Origin: an uncultured Roseobacteraceae bacterium
Lineage (GTDB): Bacteria > Pseudomonadota > Alphaproteobacteria > Rhodobacterales > Rhodobacteraceae
Direction of reading: 5' to 3'
Assembly (NCBI GenBank): GCA_964022195.1
Contig: CAXIAS010000003.1
Span: forward strand, 13,574 to 77,573
Length of the DNA: 64,000 nucleotides
Shown here: positions 19,514 through 28,633 of the stretch, in pieces
How the letters are laid out: every line of letters starts with the position of its first letter
Numbering within the stretch: position 1 is the first letter of the stretch
The notes under the pieces: model-generated
What the model was told of the DNA's origin: nothing
Databases searched by the model: none
The model's input: only the letters and a program-made list of their open reading frames with translations
Translations under genes and position numbers: made by a program

Positions 19514-20314
19514 ATGAATGATATGAAAAAATTCATCCCCTTTATGAAATCCGACCCCTATGTCGCCGTGATCCGCCTGCAAGGCGCGATCAGCAATGGC
19601 GGCCGTGGTTTGGATAATCCGTCGCTTGCCCCCGTCATAGAAAAAGCTTTTGCAAAAAAGCCCGCAGCCGTGGCGCTGGAAATCAACTGCCCCGGTGGCA
19701 GCCCGGTGCAATCGTCACTGATTGCGGCGCGCATACGGCGGCTTGCGGACGAAAAATCCGTGCCCGTCTTTGCCTTTGTCGAAGACGTCGCGGCGTCGGG
19801 CGGTTATTGGCTGGCGTGTGCCGCTGACGAAATTTTCGTCGACGACTGTTCGATCACCGGATCGATCGGCGTGATCAGCGCAGGTTTTGGCCTGCAGGAT
19901 GCGATCGACCGGTTTGGTGTTGAACGTCGCGTGCATACTGCCGGTAAGTCGAAATCAATGATGGACCCGTTCAAGGCCGAAAAACCCGCCGATGTAAAAC
20001 GGCTCAAGGGGTGGTTGGGCGAGATTCACGAGACGTTTATCTCTTATGTGAAATCACGCCGCGGGGCGAAACTGGCTGATAATCCCGACCTGTTCACCGG
20101 CGAGGTGTTTATCGGACAAAAAGGCGTGGATCAGGGGCTGGTCGACGGCATCGCCCATCTGATCCCCGAGATGAAGCGCCGCTTTGGTGATACTGTAAAA
20201 TTCAAACGCTATGGCGTGAAAAAATCGCTGCTGACACGGTTCGGAGCGCAGATTGTCGGAGACACACTGGCCGAAGTCGAAGACCGAGCCGCTTTCGCGA
20301 GGTTCGGCCTTTAA
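19514..20314 (+). CDS. S49 family peptidase (SppA/SohB-like)
   Basis: S49 pattern is present (AVALEINCPGGSPVQS, AASGGYWLACAADEIF). Confidence 0.82.
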   Translation: MNDMKKFIPFMKSDPYVAVIRLQGAISNGGRGLDNPSLAPVIEKAFAKKPAAVALEINCPGGSPVQSSLIAARIRRLADEKSVPVFAFVEDVAASGGYWLACAADEIFVDDCSITGSIGVISAGFGLQDAIDRFGVERRVHTAGKSKSMMDPFKAEKPADVKRLKGWLGEIHETFISYVKSRRGAKLADNPDLFTGEVFIGQKGVDQGLVDGIAHLIPEMKRRFGDTVKFKRYGVKKSLLTRFGAQIVGDTLAEVEDRAAFARFGL

Positions 20315-20482
20315 ATGATCATCAAGGTCGTCATGCTATTTCTGGTGTTCATGGCCGTTTTGGCCATGTTCGGAAAATGGCGATTTCCGGGTGCGGCAAA
20401 ACTTGATGCGGCCAAATGTAAAAACTGCGGACGGTTCCGGATCGGCAACGGCCCGTGCCCCTGCACCAAAGGACGACCATAG
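20315..20482 (+). CDS. 55-aa small membrane protein with C-terminal Cys cluster (not in ORF track)
   Basis: Own translation: MIIKVVMLFLVFMAVLAMFGKWRFPGAAKLDAAKCKNCGRFRIGNGPCPCTKGRP. Its ATG directly follows the peptidase TAA, and its TAG directly precedes the antiporter ATG. Confidence 0.5.
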   Translation: MIIKVVMLFLVFMAVLAMFGKWRFPGAAKLDAAKCKNCGRFRIGNGPCPCTKGRP

Positions 20483-21421
20483 ATGGATTGGCTCTATACA
20501 GCTGTGGGTCTGGTGATCCTTTTGTTGGCGGGTGACAGCCTTGTAAAAGGGGCGGTGAACATGTCGCTGCGCCTTGGGGTGCCCGCACTGATCGTGTCGC
20601 TGACGATTGTAGCCTTTGGCACCTCAGCGCCCGAGCTATTGATCTCGGTTCAGGCGATTTGGGACGGTGTGCCGGGGCTGGCGCTGGGCAATGTTGTCGG
20701 GTCAAACACTGCGAATGTATTGCTGGTGCTAGGGGTTCCTGCATTGCTGGCCACTCTCCACACCAGTGACTGCGACACCCGTGGCAGTTACTTGCAGATG
20801 CTGGCAGGCACGGCCCTATTCATTGTTTTGTGTTGGAACGGCTTCTTGACGTGGTCGAGCGGCATTATCCTGCTGGCGGCCCTTGCCGCGATGCTGGTGT
20901 GGGCGGCGATGGCCGCAAACAAGCATCGCAAGGCCTCTGCCGAAGACGACGAAATCGAAGGCGCGGATCCGACCTTGGGATGGGACAAGATTAGCTTGTT
21001 CCTTGTGCTTGGGTTGATCGGCTTGCCTTTGGGGGCCAATTTATTGGTCTCCGGGGCGACGAATATCGCGCGCGACTTCGGGATATCTGAAACTGTGATC
21101 GGCCTGACGCTGGTGGCGATCGGCACCTCCTTGCCTGAACTGGCAACCACCGTTATGGCCGCCTTGCGCAATCAGGCGGATGTGGCGTTGGGCAATGTCA
21201 TCGGGTCAAACATGTTCAATCTGTTGGGAATCATGGGCGTTGCCAGCATTGTAGGCACCATCCCCGTCAGCGACGAAATTCTGGATTTTGACATTTGGAT
21301 CATGCTCGCAGCGACGCTTATTCTGATCCCGTTTGTTTTCCTTCGGATCAACATCACGCGGATGTGGGGGGTGTTTCTGACTGGCCTGTATGGGGCGTAT
21401 TTGCTGATGGTTTTGGTATGA
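20483..21421 (+). CDS. Ca2+/Na+ antiporter (CaCA family, YrbG-like)
   Basis: Two alpha-repeats are present (GTSAPEL and GTSLPEL) in a polytopic protein. Confidence 0.88.
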   Translation: MDWLYTAVGLVILLLAGDSLVKGAVNMSLRLGVPALIVSLTIVAFGTSAPELLISVQAIWDGVPGLALGNVVGSNTANVLLVLGVPALLATLHTSDCDTRGSYLQMLAGTALFIVLCWNGFLTWSSGIILLAALAAMLVWAAMAANKHRKASAEDDEIEGADPTLGWDKISLFLVLGLIGLPLGANLLVSGATNIARDFGISETVIGLTLVAIGTSLPELATTVMAALRNQADVALGNVIGSNMFNLLGIMGVASIVGTIPVSDEILDFDIWIMLAATLILIPFVFLRINITRMWGVFLTGLYGAYLLMVLV

Positions 21422-22197
21422 CTTGCGCGCTGGTCACAGGGGGCGGCGCACGGCTGGGTCGCGCGATGGCGTTGCATCTGGCCGGTCAGGGCTATGATGT
21501 CGCAGTGCATTACGCCAGCTCCAAGGATGGTGCGGATGAAGTCGTGCACCTGATCCGCGACATGGGCCGAAACGCGGTTGCCCTACAGGCGGATCTACTG
21601 GACGAGGCCGCAACGCAGTCGCTGCTGCCTAGGGCCATCGACGCGCTCGGCGGGCCGTTCACCTGCCTGATCAACAACGCGTCTGTTTTTGAGTATGACA
21701 ACCTACAGACGGCGACCCGCGACAGCTGGGATCGGCATCTAGGATCAAATCTGCGCGCGCCATTTGTGCTGACCCAAGCTTTGGCCGCCCAAGCACCCGA
21801 GGCCGCGACTGATAGCGCGGGTGAACCCGTCGCAACGTCGCTGGTGGTCAATATGCTGGACCAGCGCGTACACAAACTGACGCCCGAATTCATGACCTAT
21901 ACAATTGCCAAAATGGGGCTGTGGGCGTTCACCCAAACCGCGGCCCAAGCGCTGGCGCCCCGTGTGCGGGTAAACGGAATCGGTCCGGGTCCGACATTGC
22001 AGGGCCACCGTCAATCGAAAGATCATTTCGACAGACAACGCGCTGCGACTATTTTGGGACGCGGCGCGAACTCGGGTGATATCGTGCGTGCGCTGGATTT
22101 CTTTTTGAAATCACCCGCCGTGACAGGGCAAATGATCGCTGTAGACGGGGGGCAACATCTGAACTGGCGGACCCCTGACGTTTTGGGCATAGAATAG
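21418..22197 (+). CDS. SDR family oxidoreductase
   Basis: ATG 21418 overlaps the antiporter stop (ATGA). It has the cofactor motif TGGGARLG, NNAS and a YxxxK context. Confidence 0.85.
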   Translation: MTCALVTGGGARLGRAMALHLAGQGYDVAVHYASSKDGADEVVHLIRDMGRNAVALQADLLDEAATQSLLPRAIDALGGPFTCLINNASVFEYDNLQTATRDSWDRHLGSNLRAPFVLTQALAAQAPEAATDSAGEPVATSLVVNMLDQRVHKLTPEFMTYTIAKMGLWAFTQTAAQALAPRVRVNGIGPGPTLQGHRQSKDHFDRQRAATILGRGANSGDIVRALDFFLKSPAVTGQMIAVDGGQHLNWRTPDVLGIE

Positions 22198-22244
22198 CCC
22201 CCCTCGCAAAGTTGTGCACGTCAGTGCGCAAGCGCCCGAATCTC

Positions 22245-22259
22245 TTAATGAATCATTAA
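22245..22259. promoter_or_regulatory. perfect 15-bp palindrome TTAATGAATCATTAA = full CtrA-type box (TTAA-N7-TTAA)
   Basis: Read directly. It lies in the AT-rich intergenic island, 13 nt upstream of a TTGACT -35-like hexamer. Confidence 0.35.
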
Positions 22260-22272
22260 TGTTTTCAATACC

Positions 22273-22300
22273 TTGACTATAGGCAAATATTTTATACAAT
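22273..22300 (+). promoter_or_regulatory. sigma70-like promoter candidate TTGACT-16 nt-TACAAT facing uvrC
   Basis: Hexamers are at 22273..22278 and 22295..22300. This is a prediction from sequence only. Confidence 0.35.
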
Positions 22301-22479
22301 AAAAACAATCGGTTAGCTTAGTGCCCAAAAAACAGGCACATTGGTGAAGGCAGTTAAAAACAACGATTTTTTCGGGATCAGGTAGAATTGCCCACCAAGT
22401 TATCCACAGAAACCGTGGATGCCTTTTCACTTGCCCGATACCGTCTACCATGCACAGGCCCGCAGAATCAGAGCAGATC

Positions 22480-24348
22480 ATGACCAAACCGGATACCACA
22501 CCGCCAAAAACTGGATATGACGTTATCAAAGGGTACCTGCGGACGATTGACGGCTCGCCTGGTGTGTACCGGATGTTGGACGCTGACAGCCGCGTTTTGT
22601 ATGTCGGCAAAGCCCGCAATCTAAAGGCGCGGGTCAGCAACTATTCCCGCCCTGGTGATCATTCTGCGCGCATCACCCGCATGATCCGCGAGACAGCGTC
22701 GATGATGTTCCTGACCACGCGAACCGAGACCGAAGCGCTGTTGCTGGAACAGAACCTGATCAAACAGCTCAAGCCGCGCTATAACGTGCTGCTGCGTGAC
22801 GATAAATCGTTCCCCAATATCCTTGTGACCAAGGATCACGAATTCCCGCAGATCAAAAAACACCGCGGCGCAAAAAAGGAAAAGGGCAGCTATTTCGGAC
22901 CCTTCGCTAGTGCGGGTGCCGTGAACCGGACATTGAACCAGTTGCAGCGCGTGTTTTTGCTGCGCAATTGTTCCAACAGCGATTTTGAAACCCGCACACG
23001 GCCTTGTTTGCAGTATCAGATCAAGCGCTGTTCGGGCCCTTGCGTGGGCAAGATCAGCGCGCAGGACTATGCGAAATCAGTGTCCGACGCAGGGGACTTT
23101 TTGTCCGGTCGCACCAAACATATTCAACAGTCGCTGGCTGCTGAAATGTCCGCCGCGTCCGAGGAATTGGAATTCGAACGTGCCGCCGCCTTGCGGGACC
23201 GGATTACGGCGTTGACCCAAGTGCAAACCGCCCAAGGTATCAATCCGCAATCCACCCCCGAGGCCGATGTCATCGGCCTGCATATCGACGGTGGTCAGGC
23301 CTGCGTGCAGGTGTTTTTCATCCGCGCCAATCAAAACTGGGGCAACCACGATTATTATCCCCGCATCAGCGGAGAAGAGGACGCGTCCGAGGTCATGGAA
23401 GCCTTTGTCGGGCAATTCTATTCCAACCGCGAGCCGCCCCGTGCCGTGATCCTGTCGCATGGGTTGGACAACGAGGATCTGATGGCCGCTGCTCTGGCAG
23501 AAAAAGCCGAACGCCGCGTCGAGGTGATTATCCCACAACGCGGAGAAAAGGCCGAACTGGTCCAAGGCGCACTGCGCAATGCACGCGAAAGCCTTGCGCG
23601 CAAAATGTCCGAAACCGCGACCCAAGCGAAGCTTCTCAAAGGGTTGACCGAGGCGTTCGATTTGCCCCGTGTTCCTGCGCGGATCGAGGTCTATGACAAC
23701 AGTCACATTCAAGGCGCTCATGCGGTCGGTGCAATGGTTGTTGCGGGCCCCGAAGGGTTCGACAAAAACCAGTATCGCAAATTCAATATCCGCGGCGACG
23801 ACCTGACGCCGGGCGATGACTTTGGCATGATGAAAGAAGTAATGACCCGCCGCTTTCAGCGCTTGCTAAAGGAAGACCCCGACCGTAAATCCGGCATGTG
23901 GCCCGACCTGTTGTTGATCGACGGGGGCGCAGGGCAGGTCAGTTCCGTGCGTGAGATCATGGATGATTTGGGTGTCAGCGACGTGCCTATGGTTGGTGTT
24001 GCCAAAGGCGAAGACCGCGACGCTGGCAAAGAGGTTTTCTACCGCACAGGCAAACCGGTGATGGCCCTGCGCCACAATGATCCGGTCCTTTATTTCATCC
24101 AGCGGATGCGCGACGAGGTCCACCGCTTTGCCATCGGCACCCACCGCGCGAAACGGTCCAAGGCGATAGGGGCCACACCCTTGGATGACGTGCCGGGCGT
24201 GGGGGCGGGCCGCAAACGCGCGCTTCTTGCGCATTTCGGATCGGCCAAGGCCGTCGGGCGCGCAAATCTGGCGGATCTCAAGGCGGTGTCGGGGGTGTCC
24301 GATAATCTGGCTCAAACGATCTATGATTACTTTCACGAGAATGGTTAA
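22480..24348 (+). CDS. uvrC: excinuclease ABC subunit C
   Basis: GIY-YIG motif ([26 protein letters not shown]) and C-terminal (HhH)2. The start is ATG 22480, with ATG 22450 as an alternative. Confidence 0.95.
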   Translation: MTKPDTTPPKTGYDVIKGYLRTIDGSPGVYRMLDADSRVLYVGKARNLKARVSNYSRPGDHSARITRMIRETASMMFLTTRTETEALLLEQNLIKQLKPRYNVLLRDDKSFPNILVTKDHEFPQIKKHRGAKKEKGSYFGPFASAGAVNRTLNQLQRVFLLRNCSNSDFETRTRPCLQYQIKRCSGPCVGKISAQDYAKSVSDAGDFLSGRTKHIQQSLAAEMSAASEELEFERAAALRDRITALTQVQTAQGINPQSTPEADVIGLHIDGGQACVQVFFIRANQNWGNHDYYPRISGEEDASEVMEAFVGQFYSNREPPRAVILSHGLDNEDLMAAALAEKAERRVEVIIPQRGEKAELVQGALRNARESLARKMSETATQAKLLKGLTEAFDLPRVPARIEVYDNSHIQGAHAVGAMVVAGPEGFDKNQYRKFNIRGDDLTPGDDFGMMKEVMTRRFQRLLKEDPDRKSGMWPDLLLIDGGAGQVSSVREIMDDLGVSDVPMVGVAKGEDRDAGKEVFYRTGKPVMALRHNDPVLYFIQRMRDEVHRFAIGTHRAKRSKAIGATPLDDVPGVGAGRKRALLAHFGSAKAVGRANLADLKAVSGVSDNLAQTIYDYFHENG

Positions 24349-24382
24349 CGCTATGGCGGTCGGACAGAAGGCGCGGTAGGTT

Positions 24383-25054
24383 GTGGCCATGACTTGGAAT
24401 ATCCCGAATATCCTGACGGTTATCCGTCTGATCGCAGCACCCGCAGTTGCGATCTTGTTTTTGTATTTCCACCGACCGCTGGCCGATTGGTTTGCATTGA
24501 TCTTGTTTATGGGGGCTGCGGCTACGGATTTCGTCGACGGCTATCTGGCCCGCGCGTGGAAACAAGAAAGCAAACTGGGCGCGATGCTGGATCCAATTGC
24601 GGACAAGGCGATGGTTGTGATTGCTTTGGTTGTGATTACCGGGTTCTCGGGCATGAACCCTTGGATTTTGCTTCCCGCAACATTGATAATCTTTCGCGAA
24701 GTATTCGTTTCAGGACTGCGAGAATTTCTGGGCGACACGGCTGGACTGCTAAAGGTCACGGTCTTGGCCAAATGGAAAACAACAGTGCAAATGGTTGCCA
24801 TCTCGGTTTTGTTCGCCAAGGGTGCGTTTGAACACTATCTGATCGAACGCAGCGTAGGCATGAATGATGCTGTGTTTGATGCGATTGTAAACGGCGACGC
24901 AGACGACCCGCTTGGCCTGCGCACATTGGCGCTGGGCTGGGACATCTGCTGGTTTGGCGGGATTGGCCTGCTATGGATCGCGATGGTGCTGACGGTGTTG
25001 TCAGGCGTCGACTATTTCCTCAAGGCGCGACCGTATTTGCGGGATGAAGTGTAA
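24383..25054 (+). CDS. pgsA: CDP-diacylglycerol--glycerol-3-phosphate 3-phosphatidyltransferase
   Basis: CDP-alcohol phosphatidyltransferase motif is present (DFVDGYLARAWKQESKLGAMLDPIADK). Confidence 0.9.
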   Translation: MAMTWNIPNILTVIRLIAAPAVAILFLYFHRPLADWFALILFMGAAATDFVDGYLARAWKQESKLGAMLDPIADKAMVVIALVVITGFSGMNPWILLPATLIIFREVFVSGLREFLGDTAGLLKVTVLAKWKTTVQMVAISVLFAKGAFEHYLIERSVGMNDAVFDAIVNGDADDPLGLRTLALGWDICWFGGIGLLWIAMVLTVLSGVDYFLKARPYLRDEV

Positions 25055-25299
25055 TGGATGTCTTGTATTTTGCTTGGGTGCGTGAACGCATTGGCGAACC
25101 GCGCGAAGTGATAGAAACCAATGCCGAAACTGTGAACGATCTCGTGGCCGAACTGTCCGCTCGCGATGACCGCTATGCCGCGGCTTTTGCCGATACCACC
25201 GCCCTGCGCGTGGCGCTCGACCAAGAGCTGGCCGAATTTGACGCCCCGCTTTCGGGTGTGCGCGAGGTGGCGTTCTTTCCACCGATGACGGGCGGTTAA
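25054..25299 (+). CDS. moaD: molybdopterin synthase sulfur carrier subunit
   Basis: The 81-aa product ends in GG, and moaE follows immediately. Confidence 0.88.
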   Translation: MDVLYFAWVRERIGEPREVIETNAETVNDLVAELSARDDRYAAAFADTTALRVALDQELAEFDAPLSGVREVAFFPPMTGG

Positions 25300-25740
25300 A
25301 TGACTGTCCGCGTTCAGTCCGATCTGTTTGACGCAGGCGCCGAACTGAATGCGTTCACCGCTGGCCGCACCGATGCGGGCGCCATCGTCAGCTTTACCGG
25401 CGTTGTGCGTGATACCGCTGGCGACCTGCACCAGATGGAAATCGAACACTATCCCGCCATGACAAAACCCGCGATTGATACGATTGTCGCTGAGGCGCGC
25501 GCGCGGTGGGATCTGGCGGATGCGCTGGTCATCCACCGCCACGGGGTATTGAAAGCGGGCGAGGTGATCATGATGGTCGCGACAGCGTCTGCGCACCGCA
25601 AATCCGCATTCGAAGCGGCTGATTTTCTCATGGATTATCTGAAATCCCGCGCCCCGTTCTGGAAGAAAGAAACAACCGACGGCGGGGCGACGTGGGTCGA
25701 GGCCAAGGATGCCGACGAAGACGCGCTATCGCGTTGGTGA
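25300..25740 (+). CDS. moaE: molybdopterin synthase catalytic subunit
   Basis: MoaE pattern is present (HRKSAFEAADFLMDYLKSRAPFWKKE). Confidence 0.9.
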   Translation: MTVRVQSDLFDAGAELNAFTAGRTDAGAIVSFTGVVRDTAGDLHQMEIEHYPAMTKPAIDTIVAEARARWDLADALVIHRHGVLKAGEVIMMVATASAHRKSAFEAADFLMDYLKSRAPFWKKETTDGGATWVEAKDADEDALSRW

Positions 25741-26310
25741 CCGCGCCAAATCGCGGCATGGCACATGGCGCGGACAATTGGTCGTGTGATTGTTGATCAG
25801 ACCGCAGGCTTCCATAAAGGCATAGACAATCGTTGGGCCACAAAATTTGAACCCGCGCTTTTTCAAGTCTTTGGATATCTGAACCGACAATTCTGACTGG
25901 GTAGGCATCGCGCTGCGATCATCAATGGTGGTTTGCAGTGGATACCCGTCGACATAGTCCCACAGGAACTTGTCAAAACCGCCGTCGGCCTCGATGTTTT
26001 GCCAGACACGAGCGTTGCTGATCGTGGCCTCGATCTTGCCTCGGTGGCGAATGATGCCGGAATTTTGCAGCAGGATTTCGACCTCTGCGTCGCCCCATGT
26101 GGCAATCACATCAGGGTCGAAACTGGCAAAAGCGGCGCGGAAATTGTCGCGCTTTTTCAAGATCGTAATCCACGACAGGCCCGCCTGAAACCCGTCTAGG
26201 ATCAGCTTTTCCCATAGCGCGCGGCTATCATATTCAGGGACGCCCCATTCGGTGTCGTGGTAGTCGATGTAAATCTGTTCGGGCCCAGCCCATCCGCAAC
26301 GTTTTTCCAT
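25726..26310 (-). CDS. tag: DNA-3-methyladenine glycosylase I
   Basis: Tag pattern is present (YHDTEWGVPEYDSRALWEKLILDGFQAGLSWITILKKR). ORF trimmed to ATG 26310. Confidence 0.9.
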   Translation of the reverse strand: MEKRCGWAGPEQIYIDYHDTEWGVPEYDSRALWEKLILDGFQAGLSWITILKKRDNFRAAFASFDPDVIATWGDAEVEILLQNSGIIRHRGKIEATISNARVWQNIEADGGFDKFLWDYVDGYPLQTTIDDRSAMPTQSELSVQISKDLKKRGFKFCGPTIVYAFMEACGLINNHTTNCPRHVPCRDLARSPTR

Positions 26311-26401
26311 ACCAGCCAAATTGCGTTGGATTTTCGGAAATTGCCAGATGTTAACCCGCCGTTATCGCCAATCGGGGCAAGATATCGGGCGAAAGGGCTT
26401 C

Positions 26402-27208
26402 ATGATGCAATCTCCCAAGCTCAAATCTGCCAATGACGATCAGGCGTTGTTTGATCCGCTTAGCGCGGCCATGGCCAGTCGCGATGGCGATGTCCTGTCG
26501 ATGGTGCGAACCGCCTTGGCAGGCAATCAGGCGCGTCTGGCGTTCCAACCAATTGTGACCGCTGGTCCACAGGGGCGCATCGCATTTCATGAGGGGTTGA
26601 TCCGTGTGTTTGACGACGCTGGCCGCACGATCCCCGCAGCACAGTTTATGCCAGTGGTTGAGGAAATGGACCTCGGGCGAGAGGTGGACTGCGTCACGCT
26701 TCACCTTGTTCTTCGAACCTTGCGCGAAAATCCAAATGCCCGTTTGTCCGTCAACTTGTCCGCCCGGTCGCTTGCCGACGGGAAATGGCGGAAAATCCTA
26801 TACGACGGCCTCAACTCGGCTGGTGCGCTTGGCGATCGCCTGATTTTTGAAATCAGTGAAAAATCCGCGATGTTGCTGCCGGAATCCGTGACCCGGTTTA
26901 TGGAAGAAATGCAAGATTTCGGCGTCGCATTTGCGCTTGATGGATTTGGGGCCGGTTTCACATCCTTCAGCCATCTCAAGGATTTCTACTTTGATCTCGT
27001 GAAAGTGGACAAAGGGTTCGTACGTGGAATCGACAAGAATCCCGACAATCAAGTTGTGGCCAAGGCGCTGATGGCGGTAGCCCATCAGTTCGAAATGCTT
27101 GTTATCGCCGACGGTGTCGAGACGGGCAAAGAAGCCGCGGCTTTCACGCAACTGGGCGCAGACTGTTTGCAAGGATACTTCTACGGGGTTCCCAAATTCG
27201 GCTTCTGA
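26402..27208 (+). CDS. EAL domain protein (stand-alone; several catalytic-site substitutions)
   Basis: EAL-domain blocks are present: FQPIV, HEGLIR, SVNLS, FEISE, LDGFGAG, KVDK, ADGVET, LQGYFYG. ORF trimmed to ATG 26402. Confidence 0.85.
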   Translation: MMQSPKLKSANDDQALFDPLSAAMASRDGDVLSMVRTALAGNQARLAFQPIVTAGPQGRIAFHEGLIRVFDDAGRTIPAAQFMPVVEEMDLGREVDCVTLHLVLRTLRENPNARLSVNLSARSLADGKWRKILYDGLNSAGALGDRLIFEISEKSAMLLPESVTRFMEEMQDFGVAFALDGFGAGFTSFSHLKDFYFDLVKVDKGFVRGIDKNPDNQVVAKALMAVAHQFEMLVIADGVETGKEAAAFTQLGADCLQGYFYGVPKFGF

Positions 27209-27347
27209 CCCGCTATTGTGCAGGTGCAGAAAAATCCGTTGAATGATGGGATTGTGGTCTCTAGGATAAATTTGAACGGCAGCGCTGGGGGCTGCATGAC
27301 CTGCCATCTCCGGCCGTGCCACGGAAACGTGATCATAGGGGATATTC

Positions 27348-28520
27348 ATGACAAACGTAGTAATCGCATCCGCCGCCCGTACCGCGGTCGGCAGCTTTGG
27401 CGGATCATTTGCCAATACGCCGGCCCACGACTTAGGCGCCGCTGTGCTAGAAGCGGTGGTTGAGCGCGCGGGCGTCGACAAAGCTGACGTGTCCGAGACA
27501 ATCCTCGGTCAGGTCTTGACCGCCGCCCAAGGCCAGAACCCAGCGCGTCAGGCGCATATCAATGCGGGCCTGCCAATTGAATCCGCGGCCTGGGGGATCA
27601 ATCAGGTGTGTGGTTCGGGCTTGCGTGCTGTGGCGCTGGGCGCGCAACACATCCAGTTGGGGGATGCGTCCATCGTGGCAGCTGGCGGTCAGGAAAACAT
27701 GACGCTGTCGCCTCATGCGGCACATTTGCGTGTGGGCCACAAAATGGGCGATGTGAAATACATCGATACGATGATCCGCGACGGTTTGTGGGATGCATTC
27801 AACGGGTACCACATGGGCCAGACGGCTGAAAACGTCGCCAACAAATGGCAGATCAGCCGCGACATGCAGGACGAATTCGCAGTCGCGTCGCAAAACAAGG
27901 CCGAGGCCGCCCAAAACGCGGGCAGGTTCGACGACGAGATCGCAGCCTTTACGGTCAAGACCCGTAAGGGCGACATCATCGTAGATAAAGACGAGTACAT
28001 TCGCCATGGCGCCAACCTAGAGGCAATGGCCAAAATGCGCCCCGCATTCGCCAAGGACGGATCCGTCACCGCCGCAAACGCATCGGGCTTGAATGACGGT
28101 GCAGCAGCAACGCTCTTGATGTCCGTGGAAGAGGCGGAAAAGCGCGGGATCGAACCGCTGGCGCGTATCGCGTCCTTTGCCACAGCTGGCTTGGACCCTG
28201 CGATCATGGGGGTCGGACCGGTCAATGCCAGTCGCAAGGCGCTGGAAAAGGCGGGCTGGTCGGTGGGTGACCTCGATCTTGTCGAAGCCAACGAAGCCTT
28301 TGCCGCCCAAGCCTGTGCTGTGAACAAGGAAATGGGCTGGGACCCGGCAATCGTAAACGTCAACGGCGGCGCAATTGCCATCGGTCACCCGATCGGTGCC
28401 TCCGGTTGCCGCGTTCTGAACACGCTGTTGTTCGAAATGAAACGCCGAGACGCCAAAAAAGGTATCGCCACGTTGTGTATCGGCGGCGGCATGGGCGTCG
28501 CCCTATGCGTTGAGCGCTAA
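27348..28520 (+). CDS. phaA: acetyl-CoA acetyltransferase (beta-ketothiolase)
   Basis: Thiolase motifs are present (NQVCGSGLRAV, NGGAIAIGHPIGASG, CIGGGMG). The reductase gene phaB follows it. Confidence 0.92.
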   Translation: MTNVVIASAARTAVGSFGGSFANTPAHDLGAAVLEAVVERAGVDKADVSETILGQVLTAAQGQNPARQAHINAGLPIESAAWGINQVCGSGLRAVALGAQHIQLGDASIVAAGGQENMTLSPHAAHLRVGHKMGDVKYIDTMIRDGLWDAFNGYHMGQTAENVANKWQISRDMQDEFAVASQNKAEAAQNAGRFDDEIAAFTVKTRKGDIIVDKDEYIRHGANLEAMAKMRPAFAKDGSVTAANASGLNDGAAATLLMSVEEAEKRGIEPLARIASFATAGLDPAIMGVGPVNASRKALEKAGWSVGDLDLVEANEAFAAQACAVNKEMGWDPAIVNVNGGAIAIGHPIGASGCRVLNTLLFEMKRRDAKKGIATLCIGGGMGVALCVER

Positions 28521-28528
28521 AAAATGCT

Positions 28529-28556
28529 GGGGCGCGACATTTTGCGCCCCAATTTT
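28529..28556 (+). terminator. GC-rich hairpin + T-run after phaA (terminator/attenuator candidate)
   Basis: GGGGCGC-8 nt-GCGCCCC followed by AATTTT, read directly. Confidence 0.45.
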
Positions 28557-28633
28557 GGCACGCAATTATATTGCGCCTCTCTGCGAGTGAAGGTAATAAG
28601 ATTACTAGAGAAGCATGATATAGGAAGAAAACA

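Noticed and set aside
27209-27347. Possible PhaR-type operator upstream of phaA (GGCAG...CTGCC, TGCAGGTGCAG)
   Set aside because: The arms are short and widely spaced, and I could not match a defined consensus from memory.
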